A stretch of 64,000 bases of DNA, from positions 63,556-127,555 of the forward strand of contig JAJPCT020000018.1 of the NCBI GenBank assembly GCA_021323375.2. Reading direction: 5' to 3'. The position numbers and the translations under genes were made by a program. Within the stretch, counting starts at the first letter, position 1. Every line of letters begins with the position of its first letter. The stretch is from Candidatus Wolframiiraptor gerlachensis. GTDB taxonomy: Archaea; Thermoproteota; Nitrososphaeria_A; Caldarchaeales; Wolframiiraptoraceae. Below, in pieces: positions 8,986-19,155 of this stretch. Under the pieces are notes generated by a model. The model searched no databases, was not told the DNA's origin, and saw nothing but the letters and a program-made list of their open reading frames with translations.

Positions 8986-9453
8986 ATCCAGCTCGAGCAG
9001 GCGGGATATACTCTCCAATATTTTCGGGATCGCTTTCTCCACCTCCTCACTCAATCCTATTCCCGGACTTATCTCCTTGGCTCCCACGCCGACTAAGAGG
9101 ATCCTGCGGGGCATTTTATCCCTGAAGAGCTCGTATCCCAGCCTGATAGCTGAGACCACGTCAATATCATGCAGCGATTGAATTTCACCGACATGCTCCT
9201 GAGACAGCCCACCCAGATCCACCACGACCACCTCGCCCGGAGATAATCCGGATTTGACGACATCGACTATTATCAAGCCGTCAAATCCTGTGATCTCGTC
9301 CAGGAGCGTGAAGACGTCTAAGCCTGTTTCAAAGATCTTTACCTCGGCTGGTAGATCGCGCTTGAGAAGGATCTCGCCCACGACTAGGCCGAGAGCATCA
9401 TCTTTCATGAGCCTGCTGCCAACACATAGTATCAGGATTTTTCGGGCCCTCAT
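8971..9453 (-). CDS. Hydrogenase maturation endopeptidase (HycI/HybD family)
   Basis: VGSRLMKDDALG, IIVDVV, SLHD and GLSEEV motifs; located in a hydrogenase locus. Confidence 0.88.
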   Translation of the reverse strand: MRARKILILCVGSRLMKDDALGLVVGEILLKRDLPAEVKIFETGLDVFTLLDEITGFDGLIIVDVVKSGLSPGEVVVVDLGGLSQEHVGEIQSLHDIDVVSAIRLGYELFRDKMPRRILLVGVGAKEISPGIGLSEEVEKAIPKILESISRLLELDSIND

Positions 9454-9506
9454 CCCGGGGTGGCCAAGACCTATTGAGCGATATAGCTATTCTAGAATCT
9501 TGGATG

Positions 9507-10574
9507 CTAGCAGATCCTGGGAACCGGGTCTCCAAGGGGCATCGGCAGATATCTTAGCCCACCTATCTCGGTCTCAACGACGACCCCCTCAAGCTCATCG
9601 GAGAACCATCCTATTATCTCGGCCTCGCGGCCTAGTGGATGAGAGCGGAGGGCTTCCAAGACCTCCTCCGCGAACCTCTCGGAGACCGCTAGGACAACTC
9701 TTCCCTCGCATGCCAGTTCAAGCGGATCTATCCCCAGTATCTCGCAGCCGATTCTCACCTCATCGCGGACCGGTATAAGGGCTTCTTTCACGAGTATGCC
9801 GAGGCCCGTGGCCTCGCTCCACTCATTTAGAAGAGCCGCCAACCCCCCTCTAGTTGGATCCTTCGCCGCCACAACCCCTCCCACCTCGAGAGCCCTCTTC
9901 ATGAGATGATTCAATGGCGCGGTATCCGATTTTAGGCCCGGCGCCTCGAAGCCAAGCTCACCCCTAGCAGCTATAATTGTCATCGCATGGTCGCCGATGG
10001 GCCCCGAGACTATCAGCCTATCTCCCGGCCTCACATTCCGGGGATCAAGCCATCTCGATCTCAGGGATCTCCCATCAGATGCCACCCTCTCCAAGTTCTT
10101 ATCCAAGTATGGGCTCCTCCCACCGATGCCAGCCGTGTTGATTATCATCTCATCGAGCTTGCCCCTTTCCACGACCTTTGTGTCGCCTGTCACGATCTCG
10201 ACGCCAGCCTCCTCAGCCGTCTCCTCCATGCTCGATAGAATCCTATCCAGCTTCTCTATCTCGAAGCCCTCCTCGATCACTAAAGCGCATGAGATTGCTA
10301 TGGGCTCGCTTCCCACCACTGAGAGATCGTTCACGGTCCCGGAGACGCTGAGCCTCCCTATATCGCCTCCAGGGAAGAAGAGGGGCTTAACGGTATAGGA
10401 GTCTGTCGTGAACGCTATCCCATCGACAACAGCCGAGTCGGCGAGGAGGGGGAGAGGGATCTCAATAACCCTCCTCTGCTTAAACCTTGGAAGAATATGC
10501 TCCCTGATAAGCTTATGCATGTAGAGGCCGCCAGCACCATGTGCTATGCTTATCCTATTATCCACGCCCACCAA
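9507..10574 (-). CDS. hypE: Hydrogenase maturation carbamoyl dehydratase HypE
   Basis: AHGAGG, TTDSYTVKPLFFPGGDIG, GDTKVV and DPTRGGL motifs, with C-terminal PRIC. Confidence 0.96.
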   Translation of the reverse strand: MVGVDNRISIAHGAGGLYMHKLIREHILPRFKQRRVIEIPLPLLADSAVVDGIAFTTDSYTVKPLFFPGGDIGRLSVSGTVNDLSVVGSEPIAISCALVIEEGFEIEKLDRILSSMEETAEEAGVEIVTGDTKVVERGKLDEMIINTAGIGGRSPYLDKNLERVASDGRSLRSRWLDPRNVRPGDRLIVSGPIGDHAMTIIAARGELGFEAPGLKSDTAPLNHLMKRALEVGGVVAAKDPTRGGLAALLNEWSEATGLGILVKEALIPVRDEVRIGCEILGIDPLELACEGRVVLAVSERFAEEVLEALRSHPLGREAEIIGWFSDELEGVVVETEIGGLRYLPMPLGDPVPRIC

Positions 10575-10599
10575 AAATCACCCCACACTCACGATCTCC

Positions 10600-11775
10600 T
10601 CAGGGGCCTCGCCTCACGATTAATCCACAGACCCCGCTCATACATCTGATATCCTTAACCAATATCCTGTTCTGAGCCCATATCCTGCATGTTCCCTCAA
10701 TCCCAACCATCGCCGGGCCCACCGGAGTCGATGGGGTACACTTCTTCATGTATAGGGGGCAGTCCGGTGGATCAATAATCCCCTTTATTATCTCGGCGCA
10801 TCTAGCCTCCGACGGGAAGCAGTCTCCTCCTCCATGCTCTAGGCCATAAGTCCTTCTAGCATCAACTTGGGAGAACATTTCCTTAAAGTTCATGGCACTT
10901 TCAGGTATTATCGCGACACCTCTCCAATAGCCATCCTCGAAATCGAAGACCTCTTGGAGAGCCTTCTGCGCCTTCAGGTTCCCCTCCCACGTCACAGATC
11001 TCACATACTCGTTCTCCATCCTCGGGGCGCGATCCCTTAGCTGCTTGAGAACCATGTAGATCGCCATCAAGACGTCTATGGGCTCGAAGCCCGCGAAGAC
11101 CATCGGCTTGCCACACTTATCGAAATACGGCTTATACGCCTTCATACCGCTCACGGTCGAGGCGTGGCCCGGATTTATGAAAGCATCTATCTCGAGATCC
11201 TCGGATTCCGCTAGAAGCCCGACAGCCGGCGGGACATACCTGTGGGCGGAGAGGACCTTAAGGTTTCTCGGAAGCCCCTTCAGGACGAAATAGGCCACGG
11301 TTGGCGCCGTGGTCTCAAAGCCTGCTCCAAGGAATACATACTCCTTATCCGGGTTACTGCTAGCGATCTTGACAGCATCCATGAAGCTATACACAACCCC
11401 AACCCTCCCACCCTCAGCAGCACAATCCTCCAGCGAGATCATCCTAGAACCCTTAGCCCTAGACACATCACCATAGGTAAGCACATGGATCCCATCAAGC
11501 GCGAGCCCGACGGCCACATCTATATCAGATGCAGGGGTTATGCAGACTGGGCAGCCGGGTCCAGCCCTAACCTCAACATTATCCGGCAGAAGAGCCCTAA
11601 TACCCCAATGAGTTATGGTCCACTCATGAGTCCCACACACATGCATTATCCTAACCCTCGGAAGATCCCTAGCAACCTCCCAGATCTTCTCAACTAGCCT
11701 CCTAGCAAGAGCTGGATCCCTATATCTCGAAAGAATCACCCTCACACGATCCAAGGACCCCATACCATCTATCAC
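10600..11775 (-). CDS. hypD: Hydrogenase maturation protein HypD
   Basis: MHVCGTHE, GPGCPVC, GFETTAP and GFEP motifs, plus a C-terminal Cys cluster. Confidence 0.96.
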   Translation of the reverse strand: MIDGMGSLDRVRVILSRYRDPALARRLVEKIWEVARDLPRVRIMHVCGTHEWTITHWGIRALLPDNVEVRAGPGCPVCITPASDIDVAVGLALDGIHVLTYGDVSRAKGSRMISLEDCAAEGGRVGVVYSFMDAVKIASSNPDKEYVFLGAGFETTAPTVAYFVLKGLPRNLKVLSAHRYVPPAVGLLAESEDLEIDAFINPGHASTVSGMKAYKPYFDKCGKPMVFAGFEPIDVLMAIYMVLKQLRDRAPRMENEYVRSVTWEGNLKAQKALQEVFDFEDGYWRGVAIIPESAMNFKEMFSQVDARRTYGLEHGGGDCFPSEARCAEIIKGIIDPPDCPLYMKKCTPSTPVGPAMVGIEGTCRIWAQNRILVKDIRCMSGVCGLIVRRGP

Positions 11776-11881
11776 GCAGTCATATAAAACCCAGCGCCAC
11801 GATAATAAAGATTTAACCCTGTAAAATTGGCAGCAGACTTAACTAAAATAACGAGGTTTAGCGGAATGGGGCATCGGTTTT

Positions 11882-12856
11882 TCAGTCATAAAGATGGCAG
11901 GCTACTAAGTGCCCCGGTTGATACTGCCTGAGCTCAGGAATCACCTGCTTGCATACGTCCATTACATATGGGCATCTCGGGTGAAATCTACATCCCGCCG
12001 GGGGGTTAGATAAGTCGGGTGGCTCACCTTTAATCACCTCCCTGATCTTAAATCTGTTTGAGGGATCCGGGTCGGGAATAGCATCTATCAGTGCCTTAGT
12101 ATATGGGTGTAACGGATTCTTCAACAGTGTAGAGGAGGGCCCCAATTCTATTATCTTTCCAGCATACATCACCGCGATTCTCTCGGAGAAGTATTTTGAC
12201 GTGGCGATATCATGTGTTATGTAAAGGTATGATAGATTATGCTTCCTCTGAAGTTCCCTCAACAATAAAAGTATCTCCACCCTGACAGAAGCATCTAGCA
12301 TAGAGACTGGCTCGTCAGCCACTATGAAGTCCGGCCTAAGAACCAGCGCCCTAGCGATAGCCACCCTCTGCCTTTGGCCGCCGCTGAGCATGTGTGGGTA
12401 TTTTCTCGCGAACTCCTCGGGAGGTATAAGCCTCACCTCCTCTAGGGCCCTCATAACAAGCTCAGCCCGCTCCTCCCTCGTCCCAATACTATGTATCTCT
12501 AGAGGCTCCTCTATCACCTTAAAAACACTGTAACTGGGGTCGATGCTCGCATATGGATCTTGGAAGATCATTGCCATGTGTCTCCTGAGCTTCTTCATCT
12601 CGTTATAATTTGTGTTTGTGATCTCTTGACCCTTGAAGAAGATCTTGCCAGCAGTCGGCTCAATTATTCTCAATAATGTCTTTCCAAGAGTTGTTTTACC
12701 GCAGCCGCTTTCACCCACCAATGCCAGTGTTTCACCGGGATAAATCTCGAGGCTAACTCCATCAACTGCCCTAACATAACCAGCTATCCTGAACAAGCCT
12801 TTTCTAACAGGGAAATAGGTTTTAAGATCTATCGCCCTTATGACAGGATCACTCAT
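11882..12856 (-). CDS. oppF: Oligopeptide/dipeptide ABC transporter ATPase (OppF/DppF-like)
   Basis: GESGCGKT, LSGGQRQR, DEPVSMLD, HPYT and PPAGCRFHPRC motifs. Confidence 0.92.
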   Translation of the reverse strand: MSDPVIRAIDLKTYFPVRKGLFRIAGYVRAVDGVSLEIYPGETLALVGESGCGKTTLGKTLLRIIEPTAGKIFFKGQEITNTNYNEMKKLRRHMAMIFQDPYASIDPSYSVFKVIEEPLEIHSIGTREERAELVMRALEEVRLIPPEEFARKYPHMLSGGQRQRVAIARALVLRPDFIVADEPVSMLDASVRVEILLLLRELQRKHNLSYLYITHDIATSKYFSERIAVMYAGKIIELGPSSTLLKNPLHPYTKALIDAIPDPDPSNRFKIREVIKGEPPDLSNPPAGCRFHPRCPYVMDVCKQVIPELRQYQPGHLVACHLYD

Positions 12857-13830
12857 GCACCTTCACCTCCATACAGCCAACAAACAACATAATGCCCTCC
12901 TCCGATATCGAACTCAGGAGGCTCCTCAACATCACACTTGCCTTTTATCATGTAGGGGCATCTTGGATGGAATCTACATCCTGAAGGTGGATTTCTTAAG
13001 TCGGGCGGCGCGCCCGGTATGAATGATGGTGGGATATCCTGTCTTAACCTCGGGATACTATTGAGTAGCAGTTTCATATATGGATGGGCGGGGGAAAGAT
13101 AAACGTCATCAGCTGGCCCGCGTTCGACAATCTTTCCAGCATACATAACTGCGACAGAGTCTGCCAGCTCACTGCTCAACGCGAGGTCATGTGTTATGAA
13201 AATATAGGATAAGCCTCGTTCCTGCTTCAGCTGCTTTAAGAGATTGATTATGTTGGCCTGGGTTATTATGTCGAGTGCCGACGTTGGCTCATCGAGGATA
13301 ACTATCTTCGGCCTAGTCACTAGGGCCATTGCGATACAGACTCTTTGCTTCATCCCACCGCTGAGCTCGTGAGGATATCTTTCAGAAACTCCTTTAGGCA
13401 GTCCAACCTCCTCTAGAGCCTCCTCAGCTATCGCTAGCGCGTCTTTCTTATTAAGACCAAAATTATGAATTAGGGGCTCAGCCACCTGAAATCCGACCTT
13501 CAGCACCGGGTTTAGGGCGTTCATAGCTCCCTGAAATACTATAGATATGATCCTCCACCTTACATTTCTTCTGAACTCCTCCTCAGGGAGCTTCATGACA
13601 TCTAATCCATTCATGTAAATCTCGCCTTCGTATCTTGCGGTATTTGGTGGAAGCAGGCGCATCAATGCCATGGCTGTGGAGCTCTTCCCGCACCCGCTCT
13701 CCCCAACTAAAGCTATAGCACGTCTACTCTGAAGCTCAAAGAATATTCCGTCAACTGCTCTTACAATAGATCTTCCGGACCTATAATGCAGAAAAAGCTT
13801 TTTAACACTTAATACCTGCGGCTCGCTCAT
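12853..13830 (-). CDS. oppD: Oligopeptide/dipeptide ABC transporter ATPase (OppD/DppD-like)
   Basis: GESGCGKS, LSGGMKQR, DEPTSALD and PPSGCRFHPRC motifs. Confidence 0.92.
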   Translation of the reverse strand: MSEPQVLSVKKLFLHYRSGRSIVRAVDGIFFELQSRRAIALVGESGCGKSSTAMALMRLLPPNTARYEGEIYMNGLDVMKLPEEEFRRNVRWRIISIVFQGAMNALNPVLKVGFQVAEPLIHNFGLNKKDALAIAEEALEEVGLPKGVSERYPHELSGGMKQRVCIAMALVTRPKIVILDEPTSALDIITQANIINLLKQLKQERGLSYIFITHDLALSSELADSVAVMYAGKIVERGPADDVYLSPAHPYMKLLLNSIPRLRQDIPPSFIPGAPPDLRNPPSGCRFHPRCPYMIKGKCDVEEPPEFDIGGGHYVVCWLYGGEGA

Positions 13831-13844
13831 CTCATTTCACCATA

Positions 13845-15275
13845 CTAGCCGGTTCTGAGTCTAGGATTAACAACAGGTTCCATTCCAAGTGCTATAAGTA
13901 CGAATGTAAAGGCTGTTAAAACGATCATGACCCCCGGCGGGATTATCCACCACCATAATCCCAGATATATCGCGCCATTCCTGAATCCAAGCTCCAGCAT
14001 CTGCCCCCATGTTGGAAGTGATGGATCTCCAAGCCCGAGGAAGCTGAGCGCGGCTTCAAGCAGGATAAACGTCGGTACATAGAATATCATTTGAGCCACG
14101 ATAAATGGCATCACTTGGGGTAGCATATGCCTGAAGATTATTCTCCAAGGTGAACTGCCGAAGGATTTTGCAGCCTCAATATATTGCGCCTCCTTTAATT
14201 GCAGCGTTATTGATCTTGTAACTATTGTCAGTCCTGGCCAACCGAACACTATTAAGAGGAGAACGATGTTCCAAATACTCGAGCCCATCAGGAAGATGAG
14301 AAATATTGTTAGCGGGAGAAGAGGAAGATTATAAACTATGTCGGATGTTCTCTGGGTAATCTCATCTATCTTGCCGCCGAAGTATCCGCCTATAATACCT
14401 AGGAGACATCCAATTAAAGTCACTATTACGGAGGTTATAATTCCTATGAAGAGCGATGTCGGGAAGCCCAATAAGACGCCAATCGCAATATCTCGCCCAA
14501 TTACATCGGTGCCGAGTAGCCCGTAAACGCTTCCGCCAAGAATTAGGGAGATATCGTCTACTGAGTCCCTCTCATTATATGCCGTCACAGCAACCTCGAA
14601 CCTATATCTCCCCTTTAATGGGGAGGAGAAATTGCCTTCGATGGGGGATCCAAAGATAAATCGCTCTGGGTTCCTACCAATCTCGGATGGACTAAAGCTT
14701 AATCCATAGCTCTCTTTCAGGAATAATGAGACGCTTCTCCAGACATTTACATCAGAATCTATCTTCAAGATAAATGGCTCTTCTCCATAACGCAAGTAGG
14801 GAGGCTTCTCCCCCTCTCTTGGAGATGGCACTATGAATGACGTCAGCTCAACAGCCTTTCCATCGGGTCTCAGGAGTTTAAGCGCGATAATTGGTGGAGA
14901 TTTCCAGTATCTCACGTCTCTCACCAACATTGAGAAGAACTTTGGAAATTCGTCTGAGTCATAATCTAGGTCAAAGTAATAGAGTTTCTTGATTGTTCCA
15001 TCCGGCACCCTAAATACTACTGGTTCACGGGCCTCCAGTATTTTGTGCTCGAAGAGCTTGGATTGTGTGAAAAAGTTCACCCATGAAGGTGGGGCAGATT
15101 TCGGGTAATTCTCCCAGGCTTTTGGATTGTTCCAGACAAGTTTCCCATAGTCCGGCGGAAATGCCACTAATGCATAGATTGAGAATGCCAGCAGGATTAT
15201 CAGGAGCACTACTCCCAGCTTTGAGACCGAGCTCGAAAAGAATACTTGGAGCATCTCTTTCCTCGATGAGATCAT
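13845..15275 (-). CDS. oppC: Peptide ABC transporter permease (OppC-like) with a large extracytoplasmic domain
   Basis: LLGTDVIGRD, EAA loop YIEAAKSFG and LSFLGLGDP..WG motifs. Confidence 0.9.
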   Translation of the reverse strand: MISSRKEMLQVFFSSSVSKLGVVLLIILLAFSIYALVAFPPDYGKLVWNNPKAWENYPKSAPPSWVNFFTQSKLFEHKILEAREPVVFRVPDGTIKKLYYFDLDYDSDEFPKFFSMLVRDVRYWKSPPIIALKLLRPDGKAVELTSFIVPSPREGEKPPYLRYGEEPFILKIDSDVNVWRSVSLFLKESYGLSFSPSEIGRNPERFIFGSPIEGNFSSPLKGRYRFEVAVTAYNERDSVDDISLILGGSVYGLLGTDVIGRDIAIGVLLGFPTSLFIGIITSVIVTLIGCLLGIIGGYFGGKIDEITQRTSDIVYNLPLLPLTIFLIFLMGSSIWNIVLLLIVFGWPGLTIVTRSITLQLKEAQYIEAAKSFGSSPWRIIFRHMLPQVMPFIVAQMIFYVPTFILLEAALSFLGLGDPSLPTWGQMLELGFRNGAIYLGLWWWIIPPGVMIVLTAFTFVLIALGMEPVVNPRLRTG

Positions 15276-16318
15276 ATTCTCACCCTAGGATCAAGCATGA
15301 CATAAAAGATCTCGAGCACAAACCTAGCTATGACATAGACAAGTGTGAAGACATAGACTAAACCTAGGATCAGGGCTTCATCACCCGAGACTATTGCTTG
15401 GTAGAAGAGCAGGCCCATACCAGGCCATCCGAAAACCGTCTCCGTCAAGATGGCGCCACCTATGGATCCGGCCAAACCCAGTATTAGCTGGGTTAAGATT
15501 GGTGGTGCTGCAACTCTCGCGATATATCTCCATCTGACTATGCGCTCTGGTAGCCCTTTAGCCCTAGCTGCTAGTACGAAATCCTCCTGAGCTATATTCA
15601 TGACCACAGTTCTAGTAACGTAAATGTTGGAGCCGACTGTAGCTAGAACTAGGACTATGATCGGGAGTGTTGCATGCCAGAGGAGGTCGAGAAACCTTGC
15701 TAATACATCATCGGGCGGGGGGATGCTATACATCCCTCCCGGCGGGAAGATCCTAAGATAGAAGTAGAATATGAGTATGAAGATTATCCCAGTCCACCAT
15801 GTTGGTAGAGCATATGAAATTGCGGAGAAGTATGTAAGTGCTCTATCGAGCTTTGAGCCTATGGCTGTCGCTAATTTAACCCCCACTAAGAGACCAATTA
15901 TGAAGGATAATACGGTTGCGGTTGTAACGAGGAGAATCGTGTTAGGTAGTCTCTCCATTATTAGATCCACAACCTTATTGCTACCAGAGAATGTTTGGAG
16001 TGACTTGGAGACTCCTAAGTCGAGGAATATTATCCTCCTAAACATATCTCCGATTCTGGTGTACCATGGTTTATCAAGCCCATAGGCCTTTATCAGCTCC
16101 TGCCGGTAGGTCTCAACGGCTTTCTCCAGGGCCTCGGGATCGGTTATCGTTCTAGAGATTGCTTGTCTGTAGGTGCTTACCTCTTGCCTGACTATAGACA
16201 TCAATATCTTGTCGGAGGTTCCAGTTGCACCTATTATTACGACAACTAGAAAGAGTACTAAAAGGAGGACGAGTAGAAGGTTTACGGCCCGGATGGCCAG
16301 TGTCTTTGCCAGCCCCAT
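15272..16318 (-). CDS. oppB: Peptide ABC transporter permease (OppB-like)
   Basis: YGLDKP, EDFVLAARAKGL, ETVFGWPGMG and LDPRVR motifs. Confidence 0.92.
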   Translation of the reverse strand: MGLAKTLAIRAVNLLLVLLLVLFLVVVIIGATGTSDKILMSIVRQEVSTYRQAISRTITDPEALEKAVETYRQELIKAYGLDKPWYTRIGDMFRRIIFLDLGVSKSLQTFSGSNKVVDLIMERLPNTILLVTTATVLSFIIGLLVGVKLATAIGSKLDRALTYFSAISYALPTWWTGIIFILIFYFYLRIFPPGGMYSIPPPDDVLARFLDLLWHATLPIIVLVLATVGSNIYVTRTVVMNIAQEDFVLAARAKGLPERIVRWRYIARVAAPPILTQLILGLAGSIGGAILTETVFGWPGMGLLFYQAIVSGDEALILGLVYVFTLVYVIARFVLEIFYVMLDPRVRI

Positions 16319-16365
16319 TATTTTCGTTAAAAAAATAAAGGGGTAAAGTAATAAACCTTGCAGCG

Positions 16366-19155
16366 CTAGGACATCCTTCGCTGCCTTATAATGGCGACTG
16401 CGGACAATGCGACAGCAATTATCGAGATCACCAGCACGATAGTTGCTATTATTAATAGGTTCTGGACAGCATCTCTTAGATCAGAGGTCTCTTTATGTAA
16501 CACCGCGACATTGGCGCCCAGTTCTGATAGTGACTTGCTGATATCGCTCATTGTTGCGGTCGTCCTGCTCTCGAGATTTTAAACCGCCGTATTCACCGTG
16601 GTAACGCTTTCCACAGTCTTTCCAATTGCGCTTTCAACGCCCTTAAGAGCATCCGCAAGGTCTTTTGATAATTCTTCAATTCTTCGGGCGACATCCTCTG
16701 ATACAACCTTAACCGACTCCTCGACGCCCCTCTTTAGCGGCTCTATGTTTAGGACGTCAACGAATTCCTTAACCGCGGCCACGAAAGCAACTTCATCACT
16801 ATATGCGGCAATGGTGAACTCGTAGAGCCCTCCAGGCCTCAGCTTAGCGGTGAAGTCCGGATCTAGTTTAATAGCAAACCTTGTTGGCGTGACCCTATCT
16901 CCCTCGCCAACTTTTACTACGCTGCCCGTCAGCGGATCCTTAACGAGATACTTCACGTGGAGTGCTCCAGGTCCTTTAACATCAACTATTAGTGTTGATT
17001 CGCCACCTGGGACTATTGTGGATTTTCCAACGCTTACTATCTCAACAGGCTCTGGCAGGCCCCAGTAATTATCTCCGGGCTTGAATGGATAATTCTCATC
17101 CCTATATGCGGTGAACTCAGCATACTGCGCCGCCGGATCGAATTTTGTTAACATGAATGGGCCGTTGCCTATCCACATCAGGCCATAGGCCTCATACCAC
17201 TTTAATGCAGCATCATATCTCGCCATCGCGTTATCCGCGGTTTCATAGGTTTTGCCATTTATGGTGAACCAGCTCTCTGGGAAGAATGCAGCCGACTTCA
17301 TCTCCTTAATCACATCGGCAACCGCGGCCGCATGATCTTTAAGCACTAGGCTCAGCCATGGTATTCCAAGCTTTGTTGCGGCAGTGTCACTATATGCGTA
17401 GGTCTTCTTCTCGAAGACGAGCTTATCCATGGCGGCCCACACCTCCCAGGGCACGGTCATGCAGGGAGCAGAGGCCGGCCAGATAATAGCAGCTTGATCG
17501 GCTATGTAAGCTGGCTCAAAGTGCCAATAGTCAATGTAAACCTCCACCCTCTCGTCAGGTAGTATTCTTATCCCCCTTATCAGCTCGAAGGCTGGAGCAA
17601 TTCTAGAAGCTATAGCAGGTTCTATTGCGCTTTTCTCCGGGTCCATGGCTAGATCCCATAATGCCGCTAAGTTATGTATCATGTCGGCGAGTGATATCTG
17701 AATTCCATGATGCCACTTGGCCTTGAATAGCTTGGAGAAGTCAAAAGTCACCTTACTGGTTGCCTTTGTCCCCGCTGGAACATTAATCCACCTATCATTC
17801 ACCGCGTCCCAGACGACAGCATCAGAAGGAACGTTAAGTTTTCCATCGGGCCCAGCGGTCTCAACATCATAGGAAGCTCGAATGGCAATCGGCAATCCAT
17901 TAAAGGGATGACGGGCCATTACTGGATCACACGTGGAGGCAGCAAGGTCTACAGAGTATACATCTTCGAACCCCCCAACAGGGTTCCATGTCGTTCTCTC
18001 CGTCCAAATCCATAGATGTCCAACTACCAGTGTATCCTTTCCCGGGATGTAGGCGTTTCTAACAACATGCCAAGCTCTAATCCCGGCTCCGATATCATTA
18101 GTTATGCCCGTGACTTCCGCCCTCGTCGGATACGCCTCCATTCTCGTGATTCCCCAAATCCTTATCGACTCCTGTATCGACATCTCGGACATCCTTCGAT
18201 ATAATTCATCTCTCTCTGTCTTGCTCTTGAACTGGCCTTGATAGATTCTCAGCCCTAGATCATCTATAGTAGAGTTCTCATATTGCCAGTAGCCCGCCTC
18301 CTGTCATCCGGGCATAAAGCCGAACCATGGTGCATTGAATTGGTTTATTGTCCCAATATCATATTTCTCAGGAGCTGTCTTGCCCCAGCCCTCCGTGTAT
18401 AGGTGCCACTCGAAGTCCTTTGGATCCGTGCCATACACCTTCTCAATCGCTACTCCAAACGGCGCATAAATCCTCTCAATAGTAAATCCAAGCCTCTCAA
18501 GCTCTGTTGCAAACGTGTCGCCGATCTCTCTCCTCTCATCCTCGATCCTTATTATGAACTTTAAGGTAACAGGCTTGCCATTGTAATACCATTTTCCGCC
18601 GATTTTCTCAGCACCCATTCTCGTCATTTCCTCATCAACTATTTGAGCAGCTAGAGCTGGATCATACTTGAAATCATACTTCGCGATTATGTCGAATATT
18701 GTCGTGTAGTCTGGGTCATACGTTGATAGGAATGTTACCATCGGCGCGGCGAACCCCTCGTAGATATTGGTCACGATGAACTCCCTGTTGAATGCGTACT
18801 GGAGGGCTAGCCTAATCCTCTTATTGGCCAATGGATTTAATTCTCCTGCGGGAGCTGGCGCCGGGTTCAAAATGATGTCAACAAGGCCGGCTGGAGCCAT
18901 GTAAAGCCTTACATTGGGATCGCCCATCAATGCCTTAGCTTGAGCAGGTCTCAGGGCAAACTGATACATATCGATATCGCCGGCTTGAATAGCCTTTGGT
19001 GCCAGATCGACAGGAACCCGCTTATAGATCACCTTCTCAACGGCTGGCCCCGGCATTGTATGAGGAGCTCTATACTGAGCAAGCGCCGGCGAGATCATCA
19101 GAGACACCGCCAAGATCACTAGCAGGGACAAGAGGAATATTTTCCTAGAATTCAT
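16366..19155 (-). pseudogene. oppA: Family-5 ABC substrate-binding protein (OppA-like) with a C-terminal TM anchor, interrupted by in-frame TGA (18304-18306) and TAA (16579-16581)
   Basis: The ORFs at 18304-19155, 16579-18192 and 16366-16551 share one frame. Read-through gives FMPG*QEAGYWQYENSTIDDL and TAV*NLESRTTATMSDIS. Signal peptide at the N-terminus, TM helix at the C-terminus. Confidence 0.82.
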
